DNA from: the human T2T-CHM13v2.0 reference genome, Homo sapiens
Assembly (NCBI RefSeq): GCF_009914755.1
Contig: NC_060945.1
Strand: one strand, 5' to 3'
DNA: 64,000 bases
The position numbers and the translations under genes are program-made. Position 1 is the stretch's first letter, and each line of letters starts with the position of its first letter. The notes beneath the pieces are model-generated. The model was not told the DNA's origin. It did no database searches and saw only the letters and a list, made by a program, of their open reading frames with translations. Positions 1 to 14,000 of this stretch are shown one piece after another.

Positions 1-2665
1 CATTTTAAAACAAAACAGTTAATTAGGGGCATCACGCATGGTATAATTCTTTAAAGGTAGACATTGCTTAAGACCTTGAGACTGGATAGAGTGAAAAGAT
101 ATCTCATCTTTTACATCTTAGAAATAAATATTTGTAACCATCTGGAGTCTATTTTCTGGATTAAAGAGAAGAGCAATAATCACACAAATTTATCTTTGAA
201 ATGTCACTTCTAACATTTGCTAGTTGAACAATACTATACCTTCCCCCCTCCATTACATGGTCAAATATATTCTCCCTAAAAATATAATTTTAACATCTTG
301 AAACAAAAGCAGTTTCTATTCTCTAAGCTAAAACATTAGTCACCAGAGAATGGAATTCTGTCTGAAGATTAGGTTTCTCTATCATGCTCCAGTGAGACTA
401 AACTGAACATTCTTAACTCTTCTACTCTTCTGTGCATTTGCCTGATTATTATGTTTACCTGCAGGGAATTCTTCCCAACACATGATGAACTCTTATTCAT
501 CCTCTAAAACCCAACATGCTTTCCTTTTCCAAGAACGCTTATCTTCCTCCCATTTTATCCATTTCTCCTGTATGCTACCTGCTGCATATACCTATTTCTA
601 TTTTTTCATTTATCATATGGAAAAAATTCCATAAGAACATTAAAATATGTTCTTAGAGTATGAGTTCAAGGGAGGCATGAACTACCTCTAATTTGTTTCT
701 GTCTTTTGGGGTTAAAGTATACACTACAATACAGATCTGCACAAAATATGCTGCCTCTTTTATTTGCTATAGTTGATTGCATCTAGCTCTGCATACCCCA
801 GTTCTGCTGCCGGTGGAAGCATGAACGTGGTAGAAAACACTTACCTTGTCTGTGAGAGGTAACAGCCTTTTCTGGTTTAACAAACATTTTCTTCTGATTG
901 GTTTAACATTTGTGATTAATTAGCCTTTAGATGGGTGGTAGAATAAAATATTATTTCAAAGTTCAAACTTCCTATCAAGATTGTCTCCTCACTTCTCACA
1001 AGCTCTCTCTTCTCCTCTTTCCCCCAAGATGGCATGTTTGTTCCAAGAGAAGATTGGATTGTTTAATTCAGTGTGCAGGAGTCTTCTGGTGTGGGGCTGC
1101 CTTCTCGGCACTGAGGAATGATTAACCTGTTCAGTGCCTGGTTCCCTTGGGTTGGTGTTCACTAAGGCATAGATAATCCCACCAATCTATCTGGGCTTCT
1201 TGCTGGGACCACCTCTTGATGTGATAGTCCTTTCAGTTTGGGTTTTCTAGGGTCCTGTGTTTTATGGTCTCATTCTCCCAGTACCAGCTCCTTCAAATTT
1301 CTCAACATCAAGTCTCTCAAGTTCCTCATCTTGGGTCATGAGAACTCCAAGATCTCCTACATACCAAATGTTGCTCGTGGGGAATATGCTGCTCACTACT
1401 GTCTGTTTGTGTCTAATCTTTCACACCCACTTCATGATGGATTCAGTGGAGAAAGGGGGAACAACCCTGGACATTTTGATCCTCTCTCAAATAATCTAGA
1501 GTCTCTATCAAGGTCTCTATCTATCTCTGTCATTTTTGTTTTTCTTTATTGGAACTTGAGTTTGGGAAACCAAGTTCCTTCTCAAAGACCCAGGCTATAT
1601 TCTCATCCTAGTGAAATTCCTTCCAGATATTTCTTTCTTTTTTACTGAATTAGATGAATGTCATTTACATTGAATCCTTACTCTATCCTAGAGCTTTTAG
1701 TAAAACTCTATGATTCAAGTCAAGTCATCTAGGTTTGGCTCCTGACATGAGAATGAAGCTTTTATAGTTTAGAGACCACCTTTCTTTATCACAATAGGCT
1801 GGCTTGCAAGACTAATGCTTCACTGTGGACTCAAGAGTTTCTTTGGGTTTTTTTGGTAGTCAAAAGCTGAATATTAGATATATCCTTCTTTTTTTGCATT
1901 CCTACTTTCATGTGTAAATTCACACAGCTGGCAAGAGGAAGGTTGATATTTTTTATCACCAGCACCTTAATGTTGACTTGGGTTTTTCTCATTTGTCAAA
2001 CCTACTCCTTTTCTGCCTCTCCACAGACTTTGTGGTTCTGCTATATTTGGCCCTATGTGATTATGCTGTATTGACCCAGTTGCCCCTAATCATGCTGTCT
2101 GTGCTCAGTACCTGCAGAAAAGATAAGATATTTCTTTTTCCTCTTTTCTTCAGAGCTAAACAACAGTTTAGAGCTTCCTTGCAGATAGGTGGGACTCTAT
2201 GTCTAAGTTCTGGCCAGGGAATATGTGTGGAAATGACACACCCTACTTCCAAGGCTGCCTTCTAACACTTCTTTTGCAGTCCTCCATAAACTTTTTTATA
2301 GTTTGTCAGTTGGCCAGAGGGAGAGGATTCACTGAAGGAAGGGCCCTGAGGTCCTAGGGGATGACAGGTCTACCCAGTCAACTTTCCGGGTCTATTATTC
2401 ACTGACCTCTAATTAAAATTTAAGATCTCTTTTAATTGTGAATATAGTCTTAATTTGAAGAGTATTTCCAGTATCTCTTACTTTGTCACTTATAGAATTA
2501 TAGATATTTTTATATTGCTTTACAGATATCTCAAAATATTAATTACACTCATTTCTAGTTTGACATTGAACTAGTTATTATTAGACTTGCCACTGAATCT
2601 TGTTATTTAATATACTAAAAACAAGTACATAATTAGCTTATTTGAAGTTTAAAAGATATATTTAG

Positions 2666-2944
2666 GGCTGGCCACAATGGCTTACACCTGTAATCCCAGC
2701 ATTTTGGGAGGCTGAGGGAGGAGGATTGCTTGAGACCAGGAGTTTGAGACTAGCCTGGGTAACATAGTGAGACACAGTCTTTACAAAAAATTTAAAACCT
2801 AGCTGGGCGTGGTGGCATGTGCCTGTAGTCTTAGCTACTCGGGAGGCTGAGGCAGGAGGATCACTTGAACCCAAGAGTTAGAGGCTGTGGAGAGCAATGA
2901 TTATGCTACTGTGCCACAGAACAAGACCTTGTCTCTTAAAAAAA
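2666..2944 (+). mobile_element. AluJ-like SINE
   Basis: Dimeric Alu (GGCTGGCCACAATGGCTTACACCTGTAATCCCAGC...) with J-type GGAGGATTGCTTGAG, short A tail and a small 3' deletion. Confidence 0.9.
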
Positions 2945-4547
2945 GTATATATAAAACTGTATTTAAATATACTTGCTTTCATTTTCATCTTATGTATTTT
3001 ATCTGTGTTTTTTTTCGCTTGATTTTTGGCCCTCTGTGGTGTCTCTCACCATATCTGGTAATTTTTGATTAAGTGATGGATATTACCATGGTATTTTTGG
3101 TTAAATGCAGAAGGAAAGCCATTTAAGAAAGTCACTGGGCCAGGATGTGTATCTTAAATATATTATACTGTTTTACCCCCTTACTCTTATCAATGTTTCT
3201 CAATTTGGCTTTATTAAAAGGATTAAACCCTAGAGAAGATGAAATCATTGTGTGACCATTTTCCATAGGTGGTCTTTAGCTGGTATCATTTTAGATGCAC
3301 AGGGACACAGTCAATTCATTATACCTATAGTAGTTGCCTCATGGCATTGAGTTTGATTCTCTCTCAGAACCCTGGTTGAGAAAGGCTGCTCTGGATGACA
3401 GGAAAATTTTAAGAGACAGGGCAGCTTCAATTCATCTGATCCCTGCAAAGGAGTGACCAGCAAGAAAATTATGGTCCTAAGACAGTTTAGGGGAATCAGC
3501 AAAAATGGAGTAGATTTTGCCATTCTTATTTGTGGAAAGAGGGCATTCAGTTAGCCTCTGTTGGGCTATGAAGCCTCTAGAAAACGGTGGTCTGATCAGC
3601 TCAGAGTGTTGATCTAGAATTACTGTAAAAGCAAAAATTAAAGAAAGATAATGTGCTTTCAGCTGTAGGCACTTTGATAACCTTGAGACTGTTTGGGATT
3701 GATGCCTTCAAGAAATATTAGGGAGATATTGTCAGACTTTTGCATAATAATTTCTATTATTAGTTCACAGTAAAAACTGCTATCAAGGTTGGCCAATGGG
3801 ATTGCTTACACACCATTGCCTAATCCTTGGGGGAAGTAAATGAACGTGACATTCTTCTTTGTACCTCTTCCATTAAAACGCTATCTGTGAAAGAATAGAA
3901 TCTGATGGGTAATGCGCAGAAACTAAAGCAGTGAATAATACTCATTACTCTCAGAGACTATTCAGCTTGGCATTATTTGCTTTTCCTCTTCTGATGAAAA
4001 TCTCTAAAAATTTTTCAGAAGCTATGAATATAAAAATTATAACCTAAGGATTCCCAGCAGGTTGAATTATTTGCTGAAACACTTACGAACAGCAGGTGTT
4101 TAGAGAATATGTGGCATCAAAAGCCATTTTCTCTCAGCCAAAGCATTCTTTTCACATGGAGGCATAAAATGCTATCAAGATTCAGATTTAAAAATGCTGA
4201 GGCATCTGTTATTTTTTCTCTCCCATCTCTGTATTTGAGTTTTTTTTTCATTTTTAGGTTATTTTAGGCATTTTATCTTTTGTATCTTTTGGTAGTAAAC
4301 AAAATATTATTTATTTATTATTTTTTCTGTAATTCTTTGGACTTAATCACTTGTAGACAAATTAAACATATTCATTATACAATTTTTAGTCAGTAGTTCT
4401 CTGATTACTCCCATTCTGAGGTTAATAGGAATTATAGGCATTATCATTTAATTTAGCACTAAATTATAGGATTTTGTCATTTTTTACTATTATTTGTTGT
4501 TTATCTTATTTCTTCCCTAAATAATTTTTTTAATGTGTATATATGGG

Positions 4548-4999
4548 TACGATGGTTAGTTTCATGTGTCACTTTGACTGGGTACAAGTGCCCTGACATT
4601 CAGCTAAACATTATTCTGGGTGTGTCTTTGCAGGTGTTTCTGGGTGAGATTAACCTGATTGGTAAAGTGAGTCAAGCAGATGGCCCTCTCTAATGTAGGT
4701 GTGACTCAACCAATCAGTTGAAAACCTGAACACAACAAAAGGCTGAGTAAGAGGGAAGTCCTCCTGCCTGACTGCTTTGAGCTGAAACATTGGCTCTCCC
4801 CACGTCTTGAGCCTGCCAGCCTTCAGACTGGAACCAGCACTATTGACTCTCCTGGGTCTCCAGCTTACTGACTGAAGAACTTGGGAACTTACTGACTGAA
4901 GCCTCCATAATGAAATGAGTCAATTTCTGAGAGAGAGAGTGTGAGAGGGAGACTTTCATCCTATTGGTTCTGTTTTTCTGCAGAACTCTGACTAATCCA
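4548..4999 (+). mobile_element. MLT2 (ERVL) solo LTR
   Basis: Starts GATGGTTAGTTTCATGTGTCACTTTGACTGG and ends CATCCTATTGGTTCTGTTTTTCTGCAGAACTCTGACTAATCCA, both MLT2-type termini. Confidence 0.8.
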
Positions 5000-6469
5000 G
5001 TGGATCATGTCTTTGATATTAATTTTGTATATCCATAGCACATAGTAGTACATCACGAGTATGTTAGAAACTTAAAATAGACGTTTAGAAGCAGAGTGTT
5101 CCTTGATCAAATGATTCATGAAACCTAAAGTCAGTTACTCTGACATAAAAATTGACTACACATTTGCTAAATCCTTGAGTGCAGGTACTGTTGCACTTGT
5201 TGGGTTTGATATAGGTGGAAATAAAGGCAGTGAGAAATGCAGTATTGATCTTGATTAGGTGGTATGCTGAGTCACTATATTTGAATGAGGAATTGTAATT
5301 ATAGCACATAATACAGCATGATTTTCATAAAAAAAGGTATTATTTAAATGACAGGTTAAACTCATTTACCTTTGTCAAAAGCCCATGTATATCTTCTGAA
5401 AATTCATAATATTGTAAGTGACAGAAGAAGGGTTCTATTTATCAATGCTACCATAAGATTTGTAAACCAGTTAAAGCATGTCATCTTTCCTGCAGCGATT
5501 AGTGCTTTTGATCCAAGTCAGGGCATGCATTTAGAGTTGTTTTTCAAATTGTGGTGATGAATATCTTGTCTGATTTCACCTATAACCCTTGAAATGGATA
5601 TGCAGGAAGACTAATCAAGATAAAAGTTTTAATGCGTTGTTATAAAACAGAGTGAAATTATGACTGGTTCATGCTCAATTTTAACTCCACAGCCTTAGCC
5701 TCATTGGGTTGTGTAGTAACCAAATTAATGGATTAAAGTTAGAAAATGTGCCAAACCATAAACCAGAGATAAGTAAGCAGAAAACTGCACTGTCATGAAT
5801 GGACATCGTTCTAGTCACTTCTGAGTGTGATGGCATGAGTATTCTCACATGAAAGACTATTGTAAACTCTTACATTTGTTAAAACCAAACACTTACAGTC
5901 TTTACATGAACATTATAAACACAATTTATAAAAATATATAATGTTGCTTTTCTCTTGAGATGTTTCAGCTGAGAAATCTGAGAAGGTAGAAACATTGAAC
6001 TGCAAAATGCAACTATCCTCTAAAATACCTGGTAGTCTAGATTTGCTACCGATGTAATTTTTATACACATTTCAGAAAGTAATTTTTTCCCCAATACTTT
6101 GCTGGATTGCCCATAGGAATATAAAAAAAAACACACATGCTAATGTTGCCCACCTGATATTGAGCAGCACGATAGAGTTAGACTCCTGAGCTGCAACTTC
6201 TGGGTCAAAAGTTGATGCTATTTCAGGGTAGTAAGCACAGCATCCCTGTTGCCAGGAGGAAATGTATTTTCAGCTCTGCTCTCATTAGGTGGTTTTTTGT
6301 CCTCTTCAAATATGAGGAAAATAAAATCCTCTTCATCACCTCAACACAGTGGGGACTCAAAGTGCATACTCCCCAAGGGACACAGAGGGCTCAGAATAGA
6401 GACAAATGGGGATGACATTTTGCAGGTATATTGGAGAACAGTGAAGACAACCACTTTAGCAGAGTAACT

Positions 6470-6743
6470 TTTTTTTTTTTTTTTGAGATGGAGTCTTGCT
6501 CTGTCACCCAGGCTGGAGTACAGCAGTGTGATCTCAGCTCACTGCAACCTCTGTCTCCTGGGTTCAAGCGAGACAGCCACCTGAGTAGCTGGAATTAAAG
6601 GACCGCTTAAGTTTTGCATTTTTATTAGAGACAGGGTTTCGCCATGTTGGACAGGCTGGTCTCGAACTCCTGGCCTCAAGTGATCCACTGGCCTCGGCCT
6701 CCCAAAGTGCTGGGATTACAGGCGTGAGCCACTGCGCCCAGCC
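6470..6743 (-). mobile_element. AluS-like SINE with internal deletions
   Basis: Poly-T followed by reverse Alu; TSD CAGAGTAACT at 6460-6469 and 6744-6753. Confidence 0.92.
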
Positions 6744-7096
6744 CAGAGTAACTATTAAGAGTGGATATTAAATGGAACATTGCACAAGCTCATGAGCAGA
6801 TAGTAAGAATGCCAACTCTGCTAGAAGGTAGTGACCTGTAAAACCTGTAAAACCATGAACAGTGTGTGGCTTTCAACAGAAGAGATGCCACAGTTGGATA
6901 AAGATAGAGACAGAGAAATTGTATCTGGATTAAACTGAAATAGTGATGATTTTCTGAATCATCCTTGATTAAGGATTTTCACCAAAGACTTATTGAGGAA
7001 TACTGTAAATTAATATGATAATTTATCTGCATGTATGCCATTTATTGTTTGTATTCTGTATATAATTATGATTCATTAACTATATAGTAAAATGTA

Positions 7097-7175
7097 TTAG
7101 GTGGATGCAAAAGTAATTGCGGTTTTTGCCATGACTTTCAATGGCAAAAACCCCAATTACTTTTGCACCAACCTA
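7097..7175. mobile_element. MADE1 (Hsmar1-derived Tc1/mariner MITE)
   Basis: 79-bp near-palindrome TTAGGTGGATGCAAAAGTAATTGCGGTTTTTGCCAT...ATGGCAAAAACCCCAATTACTTTTGCACCAACCTA flanked by TA. Confidence 0.93.
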
Positions 7176-8333
7176 TATGTAATTTTCATTTTCCAGTGCA
7201 GATCCATTCGGTCTAAATTAATCTTTTTATCGTCACAAAGTTCTTGAGTTTAAGAATATTTCACATGTTGTTGTAGGTGACTGGACTGGGAAGACACTAC
7301 CTGAAAACAGCAGTCTACATCTGGGCCCAGAAGATCCAAATCTGGAAATCAGCCCATTGTCTAGAATGCTACCTTTGCCATACTCGTTTCAGTCTAGGAT
7401 ACTAGACATATCCATTTTTTTTTAGAGATCATCAGGATTTTTGTAAGAGGGCTTGTGGGGGCAGGGGTGGGGTGTGATGGGGAGGTGAACGGGATGACAA
7501 AGAATGCCTTTAGAACTTCATTCAAAACACTGTGCTCTATCACTTACTAAGCATGACTAGTCTTTGTTTGTGAGAGTATGCGGAGGAGAATTCAGACATT
7601 TATGATTCCCAACTAAGACCATGAATTTGAAGGAGGCATGCTTCCTATCCAACTTCAGAAATGGAAGCAAATCAAGTAACAAATATTTTTTTATCCCTTT
7701 TTATGGGCCCATCACTGAGCTAACTGCAAGGTATACTAAAGAGAGACTAACTGTACTCATTACCCTTAAATAATTACTGTAATTACATAAAAATACAAAA
7801 GAAAGAATTGTCACAGTCTAAAACATTTCATATTAGCTAGAGAGGCAATAGGAGACAAATTGTAAAAAATTAACTGGTTCTGGAACAAATAGGTTTTATA
7901 GAAGAAACATACTTAGTGACGTTCCTTGACGGAGTAGAAGGGCGGGGAGGGGAACAGGTAGGAGACAGGAGAAGCAAGTCCACAGCACTAACAAACCCAT
8001 TCCTGGACTTGTGCACATCCTTGAGCTTCAGCCCAGCTTTTGCAGGCAGCAGTGACCCTGTATTTCAATTGTTAATGCCATGATACCCCTATATAGAAGA
8101 AATTCCATGACTGCTTTCTTAAAACTGTTTTTGATATTCAGTTCCTTCCTAATTTCATTTTAGTTTATCCTCTTGGCTATTTGTCCTCCTTGAGAAGAAA
8201 GAGTCCGAGAGAGAGAGACATGGTCTTTGGTATCAAGATTTGCATGTATAATTTTCTGAGCTAGCTTTTCTCAGGAGGAGTTATTCCTTCTGTCTGTAAG
8301 TGTCCCCAAATCTTTATGAAATAACATACTAAT

Positions 8334-8680
8334 TGCGGCCAAGATGCTAGTGCTCACGAGCACCTGTATTCTCTTCTTTATCCTGAGCCCCCAGGTAGAC
8401 CACACTTTCTAGGCTCCCTTGCAGATTGGTGTAGCTATGTGAGAGTTCTCGTAAATGGCAAGCAGAAATGATGGGACCATTTTCAGACTGACACACAGAG
8501 AACCTCCCACATGCAATTCTCTAAGCTCTTGGCTGATTAGAGAGGACTCTGGGACACCAAAAGAGAATGGAGCCTCTGGTGGGAAAGACCCTGGGCCCCT
8601 AAACTGTGGGTATAAGACAGAGCCTTCCCTTCCTCCCAGTGCCTCAGATTGGACTGTGATGTGATGTGAGCTACAAATAA
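8334..8680 (-). mobile_element. Old MaLR LTR (MLT1I/J-like)
   Basis: GCTCCCTTGCAGATTGGTGTAGCTATGTGAGAGTTCT...GCAGAAATGATG resembles MLT1I/J; a related fragment lies at about 2150-2360. Confidence 0.55.
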
Positions 8681-8861
8681 CAATGATTGCATTAGCTGAA
8701 TCTCCAGTTGGTTGCTCATTGATTCATTTAACGTATATTATTGGACCACTTCTCATGTTCAATACCATAATCCTATTGATTTTCCAAAGCAATGTCACTA
8801 TCAATTTAAAGCACATGAATAAATTTATTATAATAGAGCATAGCCATTTTGGACAAATGTT

Positions 8862-9345
8862 TAAAAAACTTTTTATTTAGAAGAATTTCAAGGTAACACT
8901 TGTGAGAACAGCACAAAGAACACTTGTATGCTCTTCACCCACATTCACCTACATTTTGTTCCATCGGCTTCATCTCTTGTTCTTTCTTCACGTATACACA
9001 TATTTTTCATATTTTTCTGAACCTGATCACTGTATAAAAACAAGGACACTCACCTACACAACAGCAGTACAGTTGTCAAACTAAAGGAAATTTCTCACAT
9101 CTATTCAATCGACTGTGTGTATTCCAGTTTATGAATTGACCCCAACCTGTCCTTCATAACATTTTTTTCTCACTTATAGAGTAGCCCAGTCTAGGAGCAT
9201 GCACTGATTTTAATGGTTGTATCTTTTTAGTCTCCCTTAATCTTTGTCTTTACCTTTAATTTCTGTCTTTTGTGACATTGACATTTTAAAAGAATACAGT
9301 CCTATCTTTCTAATAGAATGTTTTTCATTTTGGCTTTGTCTCATT
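8862..9345 (-). mobile_element. Old L1MC-type 3' end fragment
   Basis: AACAGCACAAAGAACACTTGTATGCTCTTCACCCACATTCACC and AACAAGGACACTC...CAGTACAGTTGTCAAA resemble L1MC4/5 3' UTR. Confidence 0.6.
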
Positions 9346-9513
9346 TGTCAGCATTGGAGTTGGGATATGGATTCTTTTTAAAAATCTTTTTATTGAAGTA
9401 CAATAAGCAAACATTTTGAACCAAAACTTTGATAGCTCATTGAACAAGGGTGAGGGATTGAGGTATCCAATTGTAGTTGTTTCATTGCTAGGTTATGAGG
9501 TAGATGCCATTTC

Positions 9514-9895
9514 TTCTTCTTTTAAAAAAATTTTAAAAACCAGAACATTTATTGCGTGACTAATCATTGAAATTCTTAAGATGAACTGGATGCTGCAACA
9601 GTTGTCTTTCTGGATTTAGCTGTTGTTCCTTCACGGAATCTATGGCTGAATCTGCAGTACCCAATTTTTAGGTGCCTCACTTCACCAGTCCCAGTGGTAT
9701 TTTGTCTTTTAGACTTGACACTCGAGTTATACTTCCTCTTGCACTTGGCAGAGTAGCCACATTTGCCACAGGTCACTTCTGAAGGTGGTAGGCCTTAGAC
9801 CCACAGCAGGGACACAGTATGTGCATCTTATTGTGGGGCTTTCCAAACTATGACATTCCCTTTGTCATCTCGCTTCTGTGGCTAAGACCAAAGAG
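9514..9895 (-). pseudogene. RPL37: Processed pseudogene of ribosomal protein L37
   Basis: ORF 9576-9776 ([51 protein letters not shown]...VAASSSS) matches the RPL37 C-terminus. ATG at 9868 reads MTKGMS*, a stop at codon 7, and there is a 1-bp deletion near 9777. Intronless, pyrimidine 5' start, AATAAA at 9548-9553, decayed A tail, TSD GTAGATGC(C/A)ATTTC. Confidence 0.95.
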
Positions 9896-10712
9896 CAGTA
9901 GATGCAATTTCTTGTTTTCTTTTTAATTTTTCCATAAGTTATTGGGATGCAGGTGGTGTTTGGTTATATGAGTAAGTTCTTTAGTGAGATTTTGATGCAC
10001 CCATTACCTGAGTAGTATACACTGCACCCAATTCATGGTCTTTTATCCCTCATCCCCTTCCCACTCTTTCCCCCTGAGTCCCCAAAGTCCATCGTGTCAT
10101 TCTTATGCCTTTGGATCGTCAAAACTTAGCTCCCACATATCAGTGAGAACATACAATGTTTGGTTTTCCATTCCCGAGTTACTTCACTTAGAATAATAGT
10201 ACTCGATCTCATCCAGGTCTCTGCAAATGCCATTAATTCATTCCTTTTTATGGCTGAGTAGTATTCCACTGTATAAATATACCAAAGTTTCTTTATCCGC
10301 TCGTTGATTGATAGGCATTTGGGTTGGTTCCATGATTTTGCAGTTGCAAATTGTGCTGCTATAAATATGCATGTGGAAGTATCTTTTTTGTATAATGACT
10401 TATTTTCCTCAGGGTAGATATCCAGTAGTACGATTGCTGGATCAAATGGTAGTTCTACTTTTAGTTCTTTAAGGAATCTCCACACTATTTTCCATAGTGG
10501 CTGTGGTATACTTTACATTCCCACTTGCAGTGTAGAAGTTCCCTGTTCACCACATCCATGCCAACATCTACTGTTTTTGTTTTTGTTTTTTTTAATGGCC
10601 ATTCTTGCTGGAGTAAGGTGGTATCCCATTGTGGTTTTGATTTGCGTTTCTCTGATCATTAGTGATATTGAGCATTTTTTCATATATTTGTTGGCCATTC
10701 GTATATCTTCTT

Positions 10713-11006
10713 CTTTTTTTTTTTTGAGACAGAGTCTTGCTCTGTCGCCCAGGCTGGAGTGCAGTGGCGCAATCTCGGCTCACTGTAAGCAACACCTGCC
10801 GGGTTCACACCATTCTCCTGTCTCAGCCTCCTGAGTACCTGGGACTACAGGCGCCCGCCACCACGCCCGGCTAAGGTTTTGTATTTTTAGTAGAGATGGG
10901 GTTTTACTGTGTTAGCCAGGATGGGCTCGATCTCCTGACCTCATGATCTGCCTGCCTCAGTCTCTCAAAGTGCTAGGATTACAGGCATGAGCCACCACGC
11001 CCAGCC
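10713..11006 (-). mobile_element. AluY-like SINE inside L1 ORF2
   Basis: Reverse Alu with Y-type GGGTTCACACCATTCTCC; TSD GTATATCTTCTT on both sides. Confidence 0.93.
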
Positions 11007-14000
11007 TGTATATCTTCTTTTGAGAATTGTCTATTCATGTCCTTAGCCCACTTTTTGATGGGACTGTTTGTTTTTTTCTTACTGATTTGTTTGAGTTTGT
11101 TGTAGATTCTGCGTATTAGTCCTTTGTCAGATGTATAGATTGTGAAGATCTTCTCCCACTCTGTGGGTTGTCTGTGTACTCTGTTGACTGTTCCTTTTGC
11201 TGTGCAAAAGCTCTTTAGTTTAATTAAGTTCCAACTATTTATCTTTGTTTTTATTGCATTTACTTTTGGGTTCTTGGTCATGAAATCCTTGCCTAAGCCA
11301 ATGTCTAGAAGGGTTTTCCAATGTTATCTTGTAGAATTTTTACCATTTCATGTTTTAGATTTAAGTCCTTAATCCATCTTGAGTTGAGGATCCAGTTTCA
11401 TTCTCCTACACATGGCTAGCCAATTATTCCAGCACCATTTGTTGAAAAGGGTGTCCTTTCCCCACTTTATGTTTTTGTTTGCTTTGTGGAAGGTCAGTTG
11501 GCTGTGTTTGAGTTTATTTCTGGGTTCTCTATTCTGTTCCATTGGTCTATGTGCCTATTTTTATACCAGTACTATGCTGTTTCGGTGACTATGGGCTTGT
11601 AGTATAGTTTGAAATCAGGTAGTGTGATGCCTCCAGATTTGTTCTTTTTGCCTAGTGTTGCTTTGGCTATGAGGGCCTTTTTTGGTTCCATATGAATTTT
11701 AGAATTGTTTTTTTCTAATTCTGTGAAGAATGATGGTGGTATTTTGATGAGGATTGTGTTGAATTTGTAAACTGCTTCTGGCAGTATGGTCATTTTCACA
11801 ATATTGATTCTATCCATCTATGAGCATGGGATATATTTCCATTTGTTTGCATTGTCTATGATTTCTTTCAGCAGTGTTTTGAATTTTTCCTTGTAGAGGT
11901 CTTTCACCTCATTGGTTAGGTAGATTCCCAAGTATTTTTTTTTTTTCAGCTATTGTAAAAGGGGTTGAATTCTTCATTTGATTCTCCACTTGGTTTGTGT
12001 TGCTGTATAGAAGAGCTACTGATTTGTGTATGTTAATTTTGTATTCAGAAACTTTGCTGAATTATTTTATCAGTCCTAGGAACTTTCTGGAGGAGTCTTA
12101 ATAATGTTTTCTAGGTAAATGATCATACTGTCAGCAAACAGTGACAGTTTGACTTCCTCTTTACTGATTTGGATGCCCTTTATTTCTTTCTCTTGTCTGA
12201 TTGCTCTGGCTAGGATTTCCAGTACTGTGTTGAAGAGGAGTGGTGAGTGAGAGTGGACATCCTTGTCTTGTTCCAGTTCTCGGAGGGAATCCTTTCAACT
12301 TTTCCCCATTCAGTACTATGTTGGCTGTGGGTTTGTCATAGATGGCTTTTATTACATTTAGGTATGATGTCCCTTGTATGCTGATTTTGCTGAGAGTTTT
12401 AATCATAAAGTGATGCTGGATTTTGTACAATGCTTTTTCTGCATCTATTGAGATGAGTATGTGATTTTTGTTTTTAATTTTGTTTGTGTGGCGTATCACA
12501 TTTATTGACTTGCGTATGTTAAACCATTCCTGTTTCTCTGGTATGAAACCCACTTGATCATGGTGGATTATCTTTCTGACATGTTGTTGGGTTCAGTTAG
12601 CTAGTATTTAGTTAAGGATTTTAACATCTAAGTTCATCAAGGATATTGGTCTGTAGTTTTCTTTTTGGTTATGTCCTTTCCTGGTTTTGGTATTAGGGTT
12701 ATGCTGGCTTCATAGAATGAATTTGGGTGGGTTCCTTCTTTCTTTATCTTATGGAATAGTGTCAATAGGACTGGAACCAACTCTTCTTTGGTAGAATTCT
12801 GCTGTGAATCCGTCTGGTCCTGGACTTTTTTGTGTTGGTAATTTTTTAATTACCATTTCAGTCTCACTGCTTGTTATTGGTCTGTTCAGGGTATCTAATT
12901 CTTCCTGATTTAAGCTAGGGGGTTGTGTTTTTTTTAGGATTATCCATCTCTTCTAGGTTTGCTAGTTTATGTGTGTAAGGATGTTCATAGTAGCCTTGAA
13001 TAATCTTTTGTATTTCTGTGGTGTCTGTTGTAATATCTCCTGTTTTGTTTCTTAATGAGGTTATTTGGATTTTCTTTCTTCTTTTCTTGGGTTAATCTTG
13101 TTAATGGTCTATCAATTTTATTTATCTTTTCAAGGAAGCAGCTTTTTGTTTCATTTATCTTTTGATATTCTTTCTGTTTGTTTCAATTTCAGTTAGCTCT
13201 GCTCTGATCTTGGTTGTTTCCTTTTCTGCTGGGTTTGGGTTTGGTTTGTTCTTGTTTCTCTTATTCCTTGAGGTATGGCCTTAGAGTGTCAGTTTGTACT
13301 CTTTCTTTTTGATGTAGGCATGTAGGCCTATTAACTTTCCTCTTAGCACTGCCTTTGCCATATCCCAGAGGTTTTGATAGGTTGTATCATTATTGTTGTT
13401 CAGTTTGAAGAATTTTTTAATTTCCATTTGGATTTTGTTTTTGACCCAAAGTTCATTCAGGAGCAGGTTATTTAATTTCCATGTATTTGCATGGTTTCAA
13501 AAGTTCCTTTTGGAGATGATTTCCAATTTTATTACACTGTGGTCTGAGAGTGATTGATATAATTTCAAGTTTCTTAATTTTACTGAGGCTCCTTTTTCGG
13601 CTTATCATACAGTCTATCTTGGAGAAAGTTCCATGCGCTATTGAATAGAATGTGTATTCTGCAGTTGTTGGATGAAATGTTCTGTATATATCTGTTAAGT
13701 CCATTTGTTCCAAGATATAGTTTAAATCCATTGTTTCTTTGTTGACTTTCTGGCTTGATGCCCTGTCTAGTGCTGTCACTGGAGTATTGATGTCCCCACT
13801 ATTATTGTGTTGCTTTATATCTCATTTCCTAGGTCTATTAGTAATTGTTTTATAAATTTGGGAGCTCCAGTGTTAGGTGCATATATGTTTAGGCTTGTGA
13901 TATTTTCCTGTTGGACAAGGCCTTTTACCATTATATAATGTCCCTCTTTGTCACTTTTAACTGCTGTTGCTTTAAAGTTTGTTTTGTCTGATATAAGAAT

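Noticed and set aside
839-847. Consensus minus-strand splice donors (AAG/GTAAGT here; similar ones near 31201 and 39281)
   Set aside because: Isolated 9-mers are expected by chance in 64 kb, and I found no paired acceptor or coding exon
1238-1648. 136-aa ORF and a short acidic frame on the opposite strand
   Set aside because: Non-ATG start and no recognisable homology; may be decayed repeat sequence that I cannot assign
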